Shown here one piece after another: positions 9,350 to 17,940 of a DNA stretch of 29,596 nucleotides; the stretch's first letter is position 1; every line of letters starts with the position of its first letter. The DNA is taken from positions 1 to 29,596 of IMG/VR virus record IMGVR_UViG_3300012352_000387; one strand, 5' to 3'. The notes under the pieces are model-generated. The model made no database searches. It worked only from the letters and a program-made list of their open reading frames with translations, and had not been told where the DNA came from. The position numbers were made by a program, and so were the translations under genes. Source of the stretch: a virus. Taxonomy: Duplodnaviria; Caudoviricetes.

Positions 9350-10102
9350 ATGAGCAATGTAATTAAGTTCGAGATCAACGGGACGACAAACGCCGACCAA
9401 GTTACGGGCCGCGTCAAGTCGAGCGTTTCGACGCTTGAGAAAAACTTCCAAGCCGTCGCCGGGAAGTTCAAGGACTTCGGCAAGGATTTGTTCATGTCCT
9501 TCGCCGCGCCTATGGTCATCGTAAATACTCTCGTCTCGATGATTTCCTCGGCGATGGAGAAGGCGAAGCAAGACGCGAAGGACGGCGTTGACCTAATCGC
9601 CAAGGGCGAAACCATTTACGCGACCGCAGAAGAAAAGAAGACGGCGGCGTTCTTTAAAGCCAAGGCCGAGCGAGAGAAGGAAATGGCCCTCGTCGAAAAA
9701 GGCAAAGAGGAATTGGGCCGAACTTTCTCGCTTACGCCGGAAGGCCGCGAAGCGTTTCGGGAGTTCATGGACATGGGGAATAATCGCCTCCTCGCACAAA
9801 TGGGAATGGGCGGCGTTGTTAGTTACGAAGGAGTTTACAAGAACAAGGATTTTCAAAACTTCATGGTTAAGAAGTTTATCGAGACTCCGGAGGGCAAAGC
9901 CTATAAGCCAATCTTTGACGATAAGACTTCCGACAAGTTCAAGTCACCGGACGGATTGAACGCGGTCGTCGGCATCGGCGCGAACCCGACGCTCGACGCG
10001 ATGACGCAACAACTCGAAGAACAACGAAAGCAGACGGCCTTACTTGAGCAGATCGCCCAAGGTTCTCCGGCTAAAGACTTCACTAAAACCGAAAACAAAT
10101 AA
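9350..10102 (+). CDS. Putative short tape measure protein
   Basis: Helical, N-terminal IKFEING, hydrophobic stretch FAAPMVIVNTLV, C-terminal QQLEEQRKQTALLEQIA typical of TMP ends. Only 250 aa. Confidence 0.55.
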   Translation: MSNVIKFEINGTTNADQVTGRVKSSVSTLEKNFQAVAGKFKDFGKDLFMSFAAPMVIVNTLVSMISSAMEKAKQDAKDGVDLIAKGETIYATAEEKKTAAFFKAKAEREKEMALVEKGKEELGRTFSLTPEGREAFREFMDMGNNRLLAQMGMGGVVSYEGVYKNKDFQNFMVKKFIETPEGKAYKPIFDDKTSDKFKSPDGLNAVVGIGANPTLDAMTQQLEEQRKQTALLEQIAQGSPAKDFTKTENK

Positions 10103-10956
10103 TGGCCTTAATCCGCCTTGGCAACGAACTCGACAGCAAAATCCTGCAACCGGGTTGGACTATCTCCGACGACGGCTACGGGCTTCATACTTGCCGAGCC
10201 GTCCGTAAGACAGATGTCGCAAGCGGCGATTGGCCCAATCGCGGAGCGTCGTTCCCCGTCGCGGCCTATGCTTATCTTAAACTTCATAAGTATGCGCTGA
10301 CTTTCAACGACCTTAAGATTCAATCCGTCGCGCTCGATTTCGTCGGCATCGACCCGTCGATTAACGGCGGCGTTCATACGAACCCGCAGATCGGAACCTC
10401 GAACGGATTGTCGGCGGAGAACCTTACGAGCCATCCTAACTTTTACGACGAAGCAAGCCCGCCCTTCCCCGGAGGCGGAGTCATCGCCGGGAAAGTTTAT
10501 ACTTCGTCCCCGAAGGGTCCGACGGTCGCGACCCCGGCGGGCAAGGTTAATTCGTTCATCGGCGAAAATGGTTCATGCTTTGAGCGCGAAGACGGGGGCC
10601 GTTTCATCGGCTTCGTTGACCCGGCTTTTAAACATCTTTACGGACGGACCTCGTATCTCGCCCCCGTCTCGCAGATCGCTGGTTCTATTTACATCTTAAA
10701 GGGGAATGCATTCATCGCGAAGTTCCAAGATATGCTCGGCGTTGCGTCACAATCGAAGGATTGGGGAGGAACCTTGCCCGAAATCGTTCCGGATTACTTT
10801 ACGACCGCGTTGAGCGCGGGGGCCGGGGGCGGCAAACTTCTCTTGTCTCAAGTCAATTACGAGGACTTCGGTTCGCTCGTTAAGGTCAATTATGAAATCC
10901 GATACGCGGAAGAGGGTTGGTTCCCGTCCGTTTATCGAAACATCGGGATCGGCTAA
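10102..10956 (+). CDS. Putative tail tip / hub protein
   Basis: 284 aa, coupled to the TMP candidate. Synteny only. Confidence 0.45.
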   Translation: MALIRLGNELDSKILQPGWTISDDGYGLHTCRAVRKTDVASGDWPNRGASFPVAAYAYLKLHKYALTFNDLKIQSVALDFVGIDPSINGGVHTNPQIGTSNGLSAENLTSHPNFYDEASPPFPGGGVIAGKVYTSSPKGPTVATPAGKVNSFIGENGSCFEREDGGRFIGFVDPAFKHLYGRTSYLAPVSQIAGSIYILKGNAFIAKFQDMLGVASQSKDWGGTLPEIVPDYFTTALSAGAGGGKLLLSQVNYEDFGSLVKVNYEIRYAEEGWFPSVYRNIGIG

Positions 10957-11519
10957 TGAGCATTAACCCCGGAGTCGGTTACACTTTCGACAGCCAACGA
11001 AAGACAAGCGTCCTCACGATTAACCCCGGCATCCTTGATGATTGGACTGCGGGCGCACCGGATGAACATCCGTTCAAGGTTTACATTTATTGGGACGAAG
11101 ATTCGGCGATGTTCTTCGCAACGGTCGTCCCCGGCACGATCAATAACATCGTCCCCGTCGTATGGGGAGGCGGTCCTACCGACGACTTGCTGACCAAAAT
11201 CCCGAGGCCGGAAATGGGACTCGCGACGGTGCAAGTTCCTCCGGGCGAGTTCTTTGTTTATGTGAAGTCCGGCAAGAACCCGACGACGGATGAGTTCCCA
11301 GATAGCGACCGAGAGAACCCCGGTTATCCGGAGATTTATTTCTCCGGCTCGCCGATGACCGACTCGGACGAGTTCGGTTACATCATGATTGCACAAGCAA
11401 AGGTCACGGTCGCGACGAAAAAAGTTAACTATGTAAGTCAGTTCGTCACGGGTTCGCTTTGGGCATCGCGGATCAAGGTCGGAGCATTGACCGCAAAATA
11501 CTTCTACGCACGCGTTTGA
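10956..11519 (+). CDS. Putative tail protein
   Basis: TAATG-coupled start MSINPGVGY, beta-rich, in the tail module. Confidence 0.45.
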   Translation: MSINPGVGYTFDSQRKTSVLTINPGILDDWTAGAPDEHPFKVYIYWDEDSAMFFATVVPGTINNIVPVVWGGGPTDDLLTKIPRPEMGLATVQVPPGEFFVYVKSGKNPTTDEFPDSDRENPGYPEIYFSGSPMTDSDEFGYIMIAQAKVTVATKKVNYVSQFVTGSLWASRIKVGALTAKYFYARV

Positions 11520-11523
11520 CGCT

Positions 11524-12024
11524 ATGGCTATCCCTCTCGACGGGCAAGGAAACGCTCCGTATTTCGCGACTTGGGGTAGCGTCTTTGATTGCTTGCGCTG
11601 GGAAAGGTTGGTCAAAGGGGTCGATGAATATACGACTGAAGTCGCGGAGGCGACGACCGAGGACGGAAGCCTTATCGTTACGGGGAAGAATCATATCTAT
11701 TTCTTCGTTCGCCTTGTGATTAACCAACCTTATCTTGAGGTTCGCGGAGGAGGTTCGACCGCGCCTTGGATTAACCGGGATTATTATTCGGAGTTTGTCG
11801 GCAAGACGATTACCCCGTCCGGGCAGGATTGGCCCCCCGTCGTTGACCCTATGGGGTTTTATGAGATCATCGCTTGCCCGCCCTTTGCGATGACGGCGGA
11901 TATTTTCGACAATCCGCAAGGCTTGCAATTTATCGAGCAACCTCCGCCTCCTCCGCCCTATCCGCAAAAGTATTACTTTAACGGCATCGACGAGGTTCAA
12001 GGGTTCGTTGACCAGACGGCTTGA
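11524..12024 (+). CDS. Hypothetical virion protein
   Basis: 166 aa in the tail module, with a poly-Pro tract near the C-terminus. Confidence 0.45.
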   Translation: MAIPLDGQGNAPYFATWGSVFDCLRWERLVKGVDEYTTEVAEATTEDGSLIVTGKNHIYFFVRLVINQPYLEVRGGGSTAPWINRDYYSEFVGKTITPSGQDWPPVVDPMGFYEIIACPPFAMTADIFDNPQGLQFIEQPPPPPPYPQKYYFNGIDEVQGFVDQTA

Positions 12025-12051
12025 CCGCCCCCCGGACGGATTCCGGCCCCA

Positions 12052-12067
12052 TATACAAAGCGGCAAT
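12052..12067 (+). promoter_or_regulatory. Putative late promoter motif (copy 5)
   Basis: TATAC AAAGCG GCAAT, 5 nt before ATG 12073. Confidence 0.6.
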
Positions 12068-12072
12068 AGTTT

Positions 12073-12378
12073 ATGTCGAACACGGTCACGATGAAGCAAG
12101 GCGACTCTTTCGCCGTTAATTGGGTTTGGAATCCGGGCGACGCTGGTCCGGTCAACTTGCTCGGGACAACCGTCACTTGCGCCATTAAGATTTGCCGCGA
12201 TACGATCGAAGTCCCCGTCGTCCTCGCCGGGAACGGCCTTTCCTTTACGACCATTGTCACCGACTCGACTCGCGATTGGAAAGCCGGAACTTGGCCCTTC
12301 GACCTTTATTTCGTTTTCCCTTCCGGCAAGAGTCACTCGGAAACCTTCCGTCTCGTCGTCCTCGAATCTATTTCCTAA
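12073..12378 (+). CDS. Small beta-sandwich tail fibre attachment protein
   Basis: MKQGDSF...VNLLG...TRDWKAGTWPFDL...SETF pattern typical of small proteins preceding fibre genes. Confidence 0.5.
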   Translation: MSNTVTMKQGDSFAVNWVWNPGDAGPVNLLGTTVTCAIKICRDTIEVPVVLAGNGLSFTTIVTDSTRDWKAGTWPFDLYFVFPSGKSHSETFRLVVLESIS

Positions 12379-15300
12379 ATGCCGATTGACGCTTCGATTA
12401 CGGGAACCCCTATCGGCTCCGTCTCGGGGTCGGTAGTTAGCGGCTCGGACGGATTGGTTCAAGGAACCTTGACCTATGTCGCGTCCGGCACGATCGCCTC
12501 GACCGTCGGCGTTCCCGGTCCGAAAGGCGACCAAGGCAATCCGGGCAGTCAAGGCGAGCCGGGGCCGCAGGGCCAGCAAGGGGAGCCGGGTCCGCCCGGA
12601 CCTCCCGGAGTCGTCTCCGCCCTCGAACCGATCTATCTCGAATCGGGCGTTATCTACATCGACGGTTCCGGTTACTACCCCGCGTCGAACCCGGACGGCT
12701 TCATCGACTCGTCCGCGCTTACTCCGTATCTGTCGAAGGCCGGGAACCTTGCCGGACTGACAGACCTCGCGACGGCTCGGAACAACCTCCACCTCGGGAC
12801 GGGCTTTCAGCCGACCTTCGCCGGAGTCTTTAACCAAGGACTCGGGGCTAACCGTTCGGAGTTGTTGCCGACCTCGTTGACCTTGACGCAGGACGGAATC
12901 GGTTATGTCGCCTTGTCCCCGACGACCGGGTTGACCTTCGCCGACGGAAGTCAGATGCTTACGGCATTTACGCAAGACATCGCCGACGGACGCTTCGCCC
13001 CCATCGCGGCGGGCCAGCCGATTTCCGGGACTGTCGGGCAAGTGCTGACCAAGAACAGCGGGGCCTCATGGGATTCCTCTTGGCAGACGCTTATTCCCGG
13101 CGACCGCTATCTTACGACCTCGACGACGAGCAACACGATTAACAATCAGAACAAGTCGTTCGTAATCGGAACCGGGCTTTCTTATACGACCCAGCAAGAT
13201 GTCGTTATCGCGCATGATGCCGCCAATCATATGCACGCGCGGGTTATCTCTTACGATTCCGGGACCGGGCTTCTTGCGGTCGATGTCATCTCGCATACGG
13301 GAACCGGAACCTTTGCGTCTTGGACCATCAATGTAGGCGGAACGGTTCCGCTTCAGTCCGTTTATTGGGGAGAAATCCTCGGCGTGGTTGGGGACCAAAG
13401 CGACCTCTCCGGAATCCTAAACGGCAAGTTAGAGATCACCGACGCGGCGGCGACTTACTATCCGCTTTCAAATCCTTCCGGCTTTATCAGTTCGTCGGCC
13501 CTCGCCGGACTCGCTTCGGAGTCTTGGGTTACTGCGGGCTTTTATCCGCTTGTCGGAAATCCGTCCGGGTTCCTCGACTCGGCTTCGCTCGCAGGATATG
13601 CGACGGAATCCTTTGTAACCTCTCAAGGTTACATTACCTCCGCCGCCCTCTCGCCTTACATTACATCGGCGACCGCAAGCGCGACCTATCTCGCCAAGTC
13701 TGATAATCTCGCCTCGATCGGCAACGCGGCGACGGCCCGGACGAACCTCGGGCTTGGTAGCATCGCGACCCAATCCGCGTCTGCGGTTTCTATCACGGGC
13801 GGAACGGTCAGTTCCATTTTAAGTAATTGCGGCGTTCAAGGTTCATTGACTTTCGTCGGCGATGTTACGAGTCAAACGACCGCCTACCCCGGCCCGTCCG
13901 GTTTCCTGCTTAAAGCCGATAACCTCGCCGGACTCGGGAACGCCGCGACCGCCCGGACCAACCTTGGCTTGGGGACGATGGCGACCGCGACGGCGACGAA
14001 CTATCTCGCCAAGTCGGAGAATCTTTCCAACCTTACGAACACGACACAAGCCCGGGCTAACCTTGGACTCGGGACGATGGCGACCGCGACGGCGACGAAC
14101 TATCTCGCCAAGTCGGAGAACCTTTCCGGGCTTACGAATACGAGCGTCGCCCGATCTAACCTCGGACTCGGGACGATTGCGACCTATTCGCCGGAGGCTT
14201 TCCTTTCCGCGGCGGGCGGAACACTTACGGGGAACCTTTTCCTTTACACCGGATACGGCGCGGATGTTAACCTTTATGTCGGGCAGGAAGAACCCGTCGG
14301 GCTTAATACTTCCGGCCTCGTTTGGGTTACTGACAATAACGGCAACTCGACGAAAGTCTGGTCAACGGGGATTCAATTCCCCGACTCGAGTATTCAAACC
14401 ACGGCGGGCATCGGCGACGCTCCGATTGACGGAACGACATACGGACGGCAAGACGGAACTTGGGTAGCCGCTGGCGGAACCTTTAACGGCGGCACGATTA
14501 CCAATTCGCTTATTGTTTCAAATAGCGGCTCACAGGCTTACATCCAAGATTACAGCGTCGCCGTCATCGACGAAGTAGGAACCAAAACGGAACTCATTGC
14601 TGGCGGAATCATCTTCCCCGACTCGACGATTCAAACGACCGCCGGGATTTCGGACGCTCCGATCGACGGCTCGACCTACGGACGCAAGGACGGCGCATGG
14701 TCTGCGGTCAATGTCCCGGCCTTGGCGACTCCGGCTCAAGCGCGAGGCTTCACTTCGACGACGACGACAGTTAGCCCGAGGAACCAACTTTGGGCCGCGT
14801 TAAGCCAAGATGTCTTCCATGTTATCGGCTCCGCCATGACCGTTACGAATGTCGGAACTATCTCGTATGTTCAAGCCGGGCAGTTAAGCCGAGTCACTCG
14901 ACCGGGAACCGCCGGGGCTTGCTCGTCTCGACTTCGCTTTTTCGGAACCTCGCAGATTGACCAAGTTTGGAACGCCACGAGCAAGGCCCAGCCATCCGGG
15001 TTCCTCAACTTCTCCCTCCGAAGCATTCATTCCGGTCGGTCCATTATCAACGGCGGAGGAGACGCTAATTATACGGCGGCGTTTTATTACGGTAAAGCCG
15101 AAGCCGATGGGGTCGGGAACTTGATCCGTCGCGGCATCGGATGGAAACTCGTCGGCGGCTCCGGCTCGCGGTTCCTCCAACTCCAAGCGCACAACGGAAC
15201 GACGCTTTCGAGCGTTACTTCAACCTTTGCCGTCACCGCCGGAGTCGCGTTCGATTGGGACTTGGAATCCGACGGGGCCGGGAATGTTACGCTATATGTC

Positions 15301-15459
15301 AACGGCTCGTCAGTCGCGACATCGACCGGAGGGCCGACGGGTTCGGTCAACATTACTGCGGTCGTCTGGCAAGAGGAGGTCGTCGCCGCCGCCGCCCTAA
15401 CCAACCCTTACGCCGACTTTGCAAACTCTCGCGGCAAGTTCGTCGTTATCAATCCATGA
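12379..15459 (+). CDS. Tail fibre / receptor-binding protein with collagen-like and tandem repeats
   Basis: 1026 aa, Gly/Thr/Ser-rich. 11 Gly-X-Y triplets, five (Y/F)LxKxxNLxx(L/I)..ARxNLxLG repeats, two DAPIDGxTYGRxDGxW repeats, beta-rich C-terminal domain. Confidence 0.85.
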   Translation: MPIDASITGTPIGSVSGSVVSGSDGLVQGTLTYVASGTIASTVGVPGPKGDQGNPGSQGEPGPQGQQGEPGPPGPPGVVSALEPIYLESGVIYIDGSGYYPASNPDGFIDSSALTPYLSKAGNLAGLTDLATARNNLHLGTGFQPTFAGVFNQGLGANRSELLPTSLTLTQDGIGYVALSPTTGLTFADGSQMLTAFTQDIADGRFAPIAAGQPISGTVGQVLTKNSGASWDSSWQTLIPGDRYLTTSTTSNTINNQNKSFVIGTGLSYTTQQDVVIAHDAANHMHARVISYDSGTGLLAVDVISHTGTGTFASWTINVGGTVPLQSVYWGEILGVVGDQSDLSGILNGKLEITDAAATYYPLSNPSGFISSSALAGLASESWVTAGFYPLVGNPSGFLDSASLAGYATESFVTSQGYITSAALSPYITSATASATYLAKSDNLASIGNAATARTNLGLGSIATQSASAVSITGGTVSSILSNCGVQGSLTFVGDVTSQTTAYPGPSGFLLKADNLAGLGNAATARTNLGLGTMATATATNYLAKSENLSNLTNTTQARANLGLGTMATATATNYLAKSENLSGLTNTSVARSNLGLGTIATYSPEAFLSAAGGTLTGNLFLYTGYGADVNLYVGQEEPVGLNTSGLVWVTDNNGNSTKVWSTGIQFPDSSIQTTAGIGDAPIDGTTYGRQDGTWVAAGGTFNGGTITNSLIVSNSGSQAYIQDYSVAVIDEVGTKTELIAGGIIFPDSTIQTTAGISDAPIDGSTYGRKDGAWSAVNVPALATPAQARGFTSTTTTVSPRNQLWAALSQDVFHVIGSAMTVTNVGTISYVQAGQLSRVTRPGTAGACSSRLRFFGTSQIDQVWNATSKAQPSGFLNFSLRSIHSGRSIINGGGDANYTAAFYYGKAEADGVGNLIRRGIGWKLVGGSGSRFLQLQAHNGTTLSSVTSTFAVTAGVAFDWDLESDGAGNVTLYVNGSSVATSTGGPTGSVNITAVVWQEEVVAAAALTNPYADFANSRGKFVVINP
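12508..12609 (+). repeat. Collagen-like Gly-X-Y repeat
   Basis: GVP GPK GDQ GNP GSQ GEP GPQ GQQ GEP GPP GPP G. Confidence 0.9.
13972..14120 (+). repeat. Exact 50-bp direct repeat, 99-nt period, inside the tail fibre gene
   Basis: GGGACGATGGCGACCGCGACGGCGACGAACTATCTCGCCAAGTCGGAGAA at 13972-14021 and 14071-14120. Confidence 0.9.
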
Positions 15460-15653
15460 CCTATACTTTTAAAGTCTCGGTTATCGGGGTCGCCGTCAAT
15501 GATTGGATGGCCCTCCGGAACCTAATCTTCTCGAACGCTCAACCCGTCGAGGAGACATACGGCGGCCAAGAGGGCGTTTATACTTTCGACTCTCCGCAAA
15601 CCCCTGCCGACCTTGGCCCTCTCGTCCGCGTCGAACCCATCCTTCATCTATGA
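15456..15653 (+). CDS. Small protein coupled to the tail fibre (possible fibre chaperone)
   Basis: ATGA overlaps at both ends, 65 aa. Confidence 0.55.
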   Translation: MTYTFKVSVIGVAVNDWMALRNLIFSNAQPVEETYGGQEGVYTFDSPQTPADLGPLVRVEPILHL

Positions 15654-15775
15654 CCATCGTCCTCGCTATCCTCGTCGGCTTCCTCTCCGGCTTCCTCGTC
15701 GCCGCCCATAATCCCGGCATCGCCGACCGCGCCCTCGCCTTCGCCCGTTCCGTCTGGGTCCGCCTCCGCAAGTGA
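15650..15775 (+). CDS. Small single-pass membrane protein
   Basis: MTIVLAILVGFLSGFLVAA hydrophobic N-terminus and basic tail. Overlaps both neighbours by 4 nt. Confidence 0.6.
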   Translation: MTIVLAILVGFLSGFLVAAHNPGIADRALAFARSVWVRLRK

Positions 15776-16512
15776 TCCGCCTCGCCGTCCTCATCGTCTT
15801 CGCCTCCGTCGCCCTCTCGGGTTGCGCGAGCGTCCGCGATTGGTTCGGCTCGAAGTCTCCGGCCCCCATCGTCCAACCTCCCGGTCCGACAAGCCCGACC
15901 TCCGTCGCCTCGCTCGGGGACGCGATGAGCAAGAACGACGGCAAGGTCGCCGCCGCCGTCACGATTGCCCAGCGCAACGCCGACAAGCCCGCCGTCGTCA
16001 AGGCCGAGACATCGGTCGCGTTGTCATTCCTCCCCAAGCCGAGCCAAGAGGAACTCGATATAGCATCGGCTCGCGCCCAACTCGCCGACCCTGCCGCATA
16101 CGCCGCCGCCCAAGCATACGGGCGGAAACTCCTCGCCTCGCTCGATAAGCAATGGTCGAACCTTGAGGCCGACCAAAAGGCCGCAAAGGAAGCATCCGAC
16201 CGGAAGGACGCTCGCATTAAGGAACTGACCGCCAAGGTCGCCGATGTCGAAGCCGAAGCGAGCAAGTCCCCTCTCCGCGTCTCCGCCGGGTTTTGCTTCC
16301 TTGTCGCGCTCGGCCTTGCGGTCGTCGGACAGTATCTCCGCGCCGGGGTTTGCGTCGGGCTTGGCGGACTCTTGCTCGGCTTGTCCATCGTCTTGACCTC
16401 CCCGTTTTTCATCTGGGCGTTGATCGCCTCAATCGTCATCTGTCTCCTCTTCGGACTTTGGGTAGTCTGGGACAAAGCCCGCGACGCGGTTAACGACAAC
16501 GACCCGAACTAA
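15772..16512 (+). CDS. Lipoprotein with coiled coil and C-terminal transmembrane segments (spanin-like)
   Basis: Signal peptide with lipobox LSG-C18, Pro-rich linker, Ala/Lys/Glu coiled coil, about three hydrophobic C-terminal segments. Confidence 0.65.
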   Translation: MIRLAVLIVFASVALSGCASVRDWFGSKSPAPIVQPPGPTSPTSVASLGDAMSKNDGKVAAAVTIAQRNADKPAVVKAETSVALSFLPKPSQEELDIASARAQLADPAAYAAAQAYGRKLLASLDKQWSNLEADQKAAKEASDRKDARIKELTAKVADVEAEASKSPLRVSAGFCFLVALGLAVVGQYLRAGVCVGLGGLLLGLSIVLTSPFFIWALIASIVICLLFGLWVVWDKARDAVNDNDPN

Positions 16513-16521
16513 CCAACCCAA

Positions 16522-16608
16522 ATGCCCGACCCCGACGACGACGACTTTGATTGGGACGACGACGATTGGGACCAAGGACTTTCGACCAAACTTCTGATTC
16601 AACTATGA
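16522..16608 (+). CDS. Putative 28-aa Asp-rich micropeptide
   Basis: MPDPDDDDFDWDDDDWDQGLSTKLLIQL. AC-rich leader like other genes here, stop overlaps the holin ATG. Confidence 0.5.
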   Translation: MPDPDDDDFDWDDDDWDQGLSTKLLIQL

Positions 16609-16925
16609 GCGCGGCAATTCCCCCGGACCCGACCGATTGGCCCTCCGAACTTCGCGACGCTGGACTCGCCGCCCTCATGGGCGTTCTCGCGTTCCTCGTC
16701 CGCGCCCTATGTGCCGACAAGTCGGAGTCAAAGTCCGCCCTCGCGGTCCAGACTCTCCTCGCCGGGTTAGTTTCCGTCTTGGTCGGCATGGCCTCGAAGG
16801 GTTGGTTTACCGAAGCCCAAGGGGTTTTCCATTTGGCGGTCGCGGGCATGGCTGGGTTTGCCTCCCCGGAGATCATCCGCCGGGGCATTAAGGCGGTTAA
16901 CGATTGGGGCAAGGGTAGGGGTTGA
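16605..16925 (+). CDS. Putative holin (three TM helices, LydA-like)
   Basis: 106 aa, three hydrophobic segments, VAGMAGFASPEII motif, basic C-terminus, at the end of the late operon. Confidence 0.7.
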   Translation: MSAAIPPDPTDWPSELRDAGLAALMGVLAFLVRALCADKSESKSALAVQTLLAGLVSVLVGMASKGWFTEAQGVFHLAVAGMAGFASPEIIRRGIKAVNDWGKGRG

Positions 16926-17165
16926 CCGTCAAAGGGCGGCAGAAGTCAAGCCAAGGGGGTTAAACGGGGTATTGCGTCGGCGAACCCAGACCCCTAACCT
17001 ACCCCTACAACGGCTCCCCCCTCTTCCGGAAGGAACGAGGGAGTCATCCTTTCGACCTCCCGGCCCTCTCAACGATGGTTTCTCTCGGGGGGTTTTAGGC
17101 TTTAAGCCGACCCCTAAAATAATCGCTTGACCTTTGGCGGGGGTGGCGTTTGGATTGTCGTCGTT

Positions 17166-17435
17166 ATGAATACCGAAACGAATCAAGAGAACCCGATGCA
17201 CCCCGGAATCAAACTCCAACCGAAGGGTTATTTCCCGACCGCGCTTTCCTCGCTGGTCTGCGGCTGGGAAGTTAAACGCGAAACCGAAAAGGCGGTCATG
17301 ATTGAGGACTCTGACGGCAAGGGTTCTTGGTTCCCCCGCTCGCAAGTCATCGTCGAGGCGGGCCGTATCGTCGCGGTCAAGCAAGGTTGGTATAACAAGA
17401 TCACCCGGACCGCGACCAAGTTGGGCGGCTTCTAA
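17166..17435 (+). CDS. Hypothetical early protein (ETEKA...WFPRSQ type)
   Basis: Start at 17166 (MNTE) or 17196. Motif resembles small phage beta proteins. Confidence 0.6.
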   Translation: MNTETNQENPMHPGIKLQPKGYFPTALSSLVCGWEVKRETEKAVMIEDSDGKGSWFPRSQVIVEAGRIVAVKQGWYNKITRTATKLGGF

Positions 17436-17463
17436 TCCTCGTCTCAATCAATTTCCTCAACCC

Positions 17464-17685
17464 ATGAATACCAGACAACTCCAAGACGAATACCAAGCGG
17501 CCCTCAAGAAAGCCGAAGCCGCCCGCGCCCATGCCGAGCGAACGACCTTCCTCCGGACCGCCGCCGCCCCCGGCGTTACCTTCGAGGATGTCGGTCGCGC
17601 TCATTGCGAAGCCTTCCTTTGCAAGACGGAAGTCGAGTTAGCCCGCCAAGACTTGTTTAAAGCCTTGTCGAAAAAGAAGGCTTGA
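17464..17685 (+). CDS. Hypothetical early protein
   Basis: Starts in the repeated leader, 73 aa, helical. Confidence 0.65.
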   Translation: MNTRQLQDEYQAALKKAEAARAHAERTTFLRTAAAPGVTFEDVGRAHCEAFLCKTEVELARQDLFKALSKKKA

Positions 17686-17709
17686 CTCCAAAGCCCGCCG
17701 ATCCATACT
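17682..17709 (+). promoter_or_regulatory. Sigma70-like early promoter candidate
   Basis: TTGACT-N16-CATACT, with the -35 box overlapping the upstream TGA. Confidence 0.5.
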
Positions 17710-17724
17710 CCAATTCCTCAACCC

Positions 17725-17940
17725 ATGAATAACGAAATGAATCAAGAAACGAAAAGCAAAGTCGAAGCCCTTTACGAAATGTGGCTCGACCAGATCGACA
17801 TCCGCAACAACGCGAAGGCCGGGAGCGCGAAGTATCGCAAGGCTTCCGATAAGGCCGACGACTTGGAGGATACGGCCTCGATGCTCGTCTTCGGAGATAT
17901 GCGTCATACGATGTCGGAGGCTTACGAAATGACGGCTTGA
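17725..17940 (+). CDS. Hypothetical early protein
   Basis: Starts in the repeated leader, 71 aa. Confidence 0.65.
   Translation: MNNEMNQETKSKVEALYEMWLDQIDIRNNAKAGSAKYRKASDKADDLEDTASMLVFGDMRHTMSEAYEMTA

Noticed and set aside
9320-9352. GCAAT upstream of the tape measure gene as a sixth late motif
   Set aside because: Lacks the TWWAC half and lies too far from the ATG.
11473-13041. 522-aa minus-strand ORF
   Set aside because: Antisense to coherent tail genes, Arg/Gly-rich with no motif. Explained by scarce TTA/CTA/TCA on the sense strand.
13972-14700. Tail fibre repeats considered as a DGR template/variable pair
   Set aside because: No reverse transcriptase is present, the repeats are in-frame internal modules, and the differences are not adenine-specific.
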